Assembly: GCA_964372175.1 (NCBI GenBank)
Contig: CAYJPP010000025.1
Location: 9,092 to 17,285, forward strand
DNA length: 8,194 bases
Reading direction: 5' to 3'
Origin: an uncultured Muribaculaceae bacterium
Lineage (GTDB): Bacteria > Bacillota_I > Bacilli_A > RF39 > UBA660
The position numbers and the translations under genes are program-made. The notes beneath the pieces are model-generated. The model was not told the origin of the DNA and ran no database searches. It was given only the letters and a program-made list of their open reading frames with translations. The stretch's first letter is position 1; every line of letters begins with the position of its first letter. Positions 6,694 to 8,194 of the stretch are shown here, in pieces.

Positions 6694-7254
6694 ATGAAAA
6701 ACAAAACACTACTAATTATCGGAGGAATAATTTTATTATTAGGTTTAATGTTAATGGGAACCTATAATAGTCTTGTTACCAAAGAAGAAAACACAACAAC
6801 AAAAATGGCTGATATTTCAGTCCAATTACAACGTAGAAATGACTTAATCCCTAATTTAGTTAATACAGTTAAAGAATATGCCGAACACGAAGAAAGTGTA
6901 TTTGCTGCTGTAAATGAAGCAAGACAAAACATGCTTAATTCTAACACTGTTGAAGAACAAGCAAATGCAGATGCAGAAATTACACAGGCATTAGGAAGAT
7001 TACTAGCAGTAGCAGAGGCATATCCAGATCTTAAAGCTAATACTAATTTTATAAATTTACAAGATGAACTTGCTGGAACTGAAAATAGAATTGCAACAGT
7101 TAGAAGAGATTATAACGATGCAGTTAAAGATTACAATACGTCAATTAAAACTTTTCCAAATAACTTAATGGCTTCAATGTTTGGATTTGAAGAAAAAATT
7201 TATTTTGAAACAACAGAAGGAGCAACAGAGGTTCCAAATGTTGATTTTGAATAA
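6694..7254 (+). CDS. lemA: LemA family membrane protein (186 aa)
   Basis: N-terminal TM LLIIGGIILLLGLMLMG is followed by the LemA hallmark YNSLV...QLQRRNDLIPNLVNTVKEYAEHE...AVNEAR...AEAYPDLKAN..F..LQ.EL.GTENRI...R.YN..V..YN. I place the start at ATG 6694, which has a strong SD, rather than the track's GTG 6640, which lies inside the promoter and has no spacer to any SD. Confidence 0.92.
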   Translation: MKNKTLLIIGGIILLLGLMLMGTYNSLVTKEENTTTKMADISVQLQRRNDLIPNLVNTVKEYAEHEESVFAAVNEARQNMLNSNTVEEQANADAEITQALGRLLAVAEAYPDLKANTNFINLQDELAGTENRIATVRRDYNDAVKDYNTSIKTFPNNLMASMFGFEEKIYFETTEGATEVPNVDFE

Positions 7255-8194
7255 ATTAAAGTACTTAATTGCAATATTACTATTTTTTCCATTTACAAGT
7301 CATTCACTCACGCCAACAAATGAATTTTATGTGAATGATTACGCTAATATACTATCAGAAGAAACAGAATCCTATATAGTTTCTAAAAGTAGCGAATTAG
7401 CTAATATTGATGGCACACAAATTGTTATTGTTACAATTCCTAGTTTAGAAGGCAATAATTTAGAACAATACTCAACTGAATTATTTAGAGAATTCGGAAT
7501 CGGAGATAAAGAAAAAAACAACGGCTTACTCCTATTACTAGCCTTAGAAGAAAGATTATTTAGAGTTGAGGTTGGTTATGGACTAGAAGGCATTTTACCA
7601 GATGGAAAAACAGGAAGATTTCAAGATGAATATATAATCCCTTATCTTAAAAATGATAATTTCGATGAAGGAATACGTAATGGTTATGATGCTTTTTTTA
7701 AAGAAATTGTAACTTTAAATAACTTATCACTAGACTATACAGAACCAAACCTAGAAACTACTAATGAGTTATCTGATGTTTCTATTTGGATAATAATTAT
7801 AAGTTTATTTTTAACAATAATTTTAGGAATTTGTATAGGACAAGAGGCAAGCATTAAACAGCGAATAAAATACGCTAATGATGCTAGAATACCAAAAAAA
7901 GTATTAAAATTACCTAATGGCAAAGTTAAAACAAACGGTAAAAAAATAACACTTTATTTAATATTACTTATTATTATAAATATTATTAGTACTCATTATG
8001 GTACGATTCTTAGTCTTTACCTTAATGTTTTTAGTTTGTATATAACCATTACTCTACAAATCCCTTCAACCTACTTAAATTCAGGTAGTTCTTCATTTGG
8101 TTCATCAAGAGGCTACTCTGGTGGTGGGTCATCTGGTGGCTTCTCAGGTGGTGGCGGTTCATCAGGTGGTGGTGGGTCATCAAGAGGATTTTAA
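7238..8194 (+). CDS. TPM-domain (YgcG-like / TPM_phosphatase family) membrane protein with Gly/Ser-rich C-terminal tail (318 aa)
   Basis: Signal-like N-terminus MLILNKLKYLIAILLFFPFTSHS. TPM-domain blocks are present: YVNDYANILS, TQIVIVTIPSLEG, NNGLLLLLALEERLFRVEVGYGLEGILPD. These are followed by TM VSIWIIIISLFLTIILGICIG and the tail GYSGGGSSGGFSGGGGSSGGGGSSRGF. ATG 7238 is in frame with the track ORF, is preceded by GGAG/AGAGG, and overlaps the lemA 3' end by 17 nt. The 19 upstream track codons are hydrophilic and lie within lemA. Confidence 0.88.
   Translation: MLILNKLKYLIAILLFFPFTSHSLTPTNEFYVNDYANILSEETESYIVSKSSELANIDGTQIVIVTIPSLEGNNLEQYSTELFREFGIGDKEKNNGLLLLLALEERLFRVEVGYGLEGILPDGKTGRFQDEYIIPYLKNDNFDEGIRNGYDAFFKEIVTLNNLSLDYTEPNLETTNELSDVSIWIIIISLFLTIILGICIGQEASIKQRIKYANDARIPKKVLKLPNGKVKTNGKKITLYLILLIIINIISTHYGTILSLYLNVFSLYITITLQIPSTYLNSGSSSFGSSRGYSGGGSSGGFSGGGGSSGGGGSSRGF
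8146..8181 (+). repeat. Imperfect tandem 18-nt repeat (2 copies, 16/18 identical) encoding GGGGSS-GGGGSS within the TPM tail
   Basis: AGGTGGTGGCGGTTCATC (8146-8163) is followed by AGGTGGTGGTGGGTCATC (8164-8181). GGTGGTGGGTCATC also occurs at 8120-8133. This is the only G+C-rich patch in the window. Confidence 0.8.

Noticed and set aside
6762-6947. 61-aa minus-strand ORF from the track
   Set aside because: It is antisense to the highly conserved core of lemA, with no SD or promoter. It is most likely a spurious open frame.
7181-7237. 19-codon N-terminal extension of the TPM ORF (MDLKKKFILKQQKEQQRFQ)
   Set aside because: It lies within the lemA coding sequence, is hydrophilic and sits ahead of an obvious signal peptide. 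ATG 7238 is preceded by SD-like GGAG/AGAGG. The longer start cannot be fully excluded without experimental data.
7735-7923. 62-aa minus-strand ORF from the track
   Set aside because: It is antisense to the TPM gene's TM and loop region, with no translation signals. It is most likely spurious.
1-8194. Alternative genetic code (TGA = Trp, Mollicutes-type), prompted by the low GC and the absence of any TGA stop among the six gene ends
   Set aside because: Trp codons checked are TGG (e.g. 6131-6133 in the C11 gene, SIW in the TPM gene, GEWF in DUF1848). All genes are full length with no in-frame TGA. Six stop codons are too few to draw any conclusion. The standard bacterial code fits.
1-8194. 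Scan for tRNA/rRNA, CRISPR repeats, IS ends/transposase, integrase, and rho-independent terminators
   Set aside because: Coding density is ~97 % and both window ends lie in or at genes. No repeat-spacer periodicity, long terminal inverted repeats or GC-rich stem plus T-tract was seen in the four short intergenic gaps.

Overview
This is a low-GC bacterial chromosomal segment, roughly 25-30 % G+C by eye (not computed). It has strong Gram-positive-type Shine-Dalgarno sites and uses the standard genetic code (Trp = TGG; stops are TAG/TAA). The taxonomic impression is Bacillota/Mycoplasmatota-like and is only a guess.

Two divergent transcription units flank a 152-bp promoter region (6542-6693).

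Minus strand: a signal-anchored clostripain-like (C11) cysteine peptidase, then a DUF1848 protein (function unknown, C-terminal CX3CX2C cysteine cluster), then a Nudix hydrolase. The junctions are 10 and 9 nt, and each upstream stop codon sits inside the next gene's SD. After a 75-nt gap with no terminator hairpin comes a pair of half-size ABC exporter genes. The first (1324-3072) is complete and carries a degenerate ATP site. The second starts at 1331, overlaps the first by 8 nt and runs off the left edge. It is absent from the supplied ORF track and was found by manual translation.

Plus strand: a LemA-family protein followed by a TPM-domain (YgcG-like) membrane protein that overlaps it by 17 nt and ends at the window edge.

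I see no tRNA, rRNA, CRISPR array, transposase, integrase, toxin-antitoxin pair or recognisable defence gene, and no unassigned space large enough to hide a gene.

I do not see a convincing new multi-gene system. The most defensible leads are:
- the translationally coupled DUF1848-Nudix pair embedded behind a secreted protease and ahead of an exporter;
- a perfect 9-3-9 palindrome over the lemA promoter;
- an atypical extra basic-loop and hydrophobic insertion in the TPM protein.

All functional calls rest on motif recognition by eye and need an HMM or structure search to confirm.
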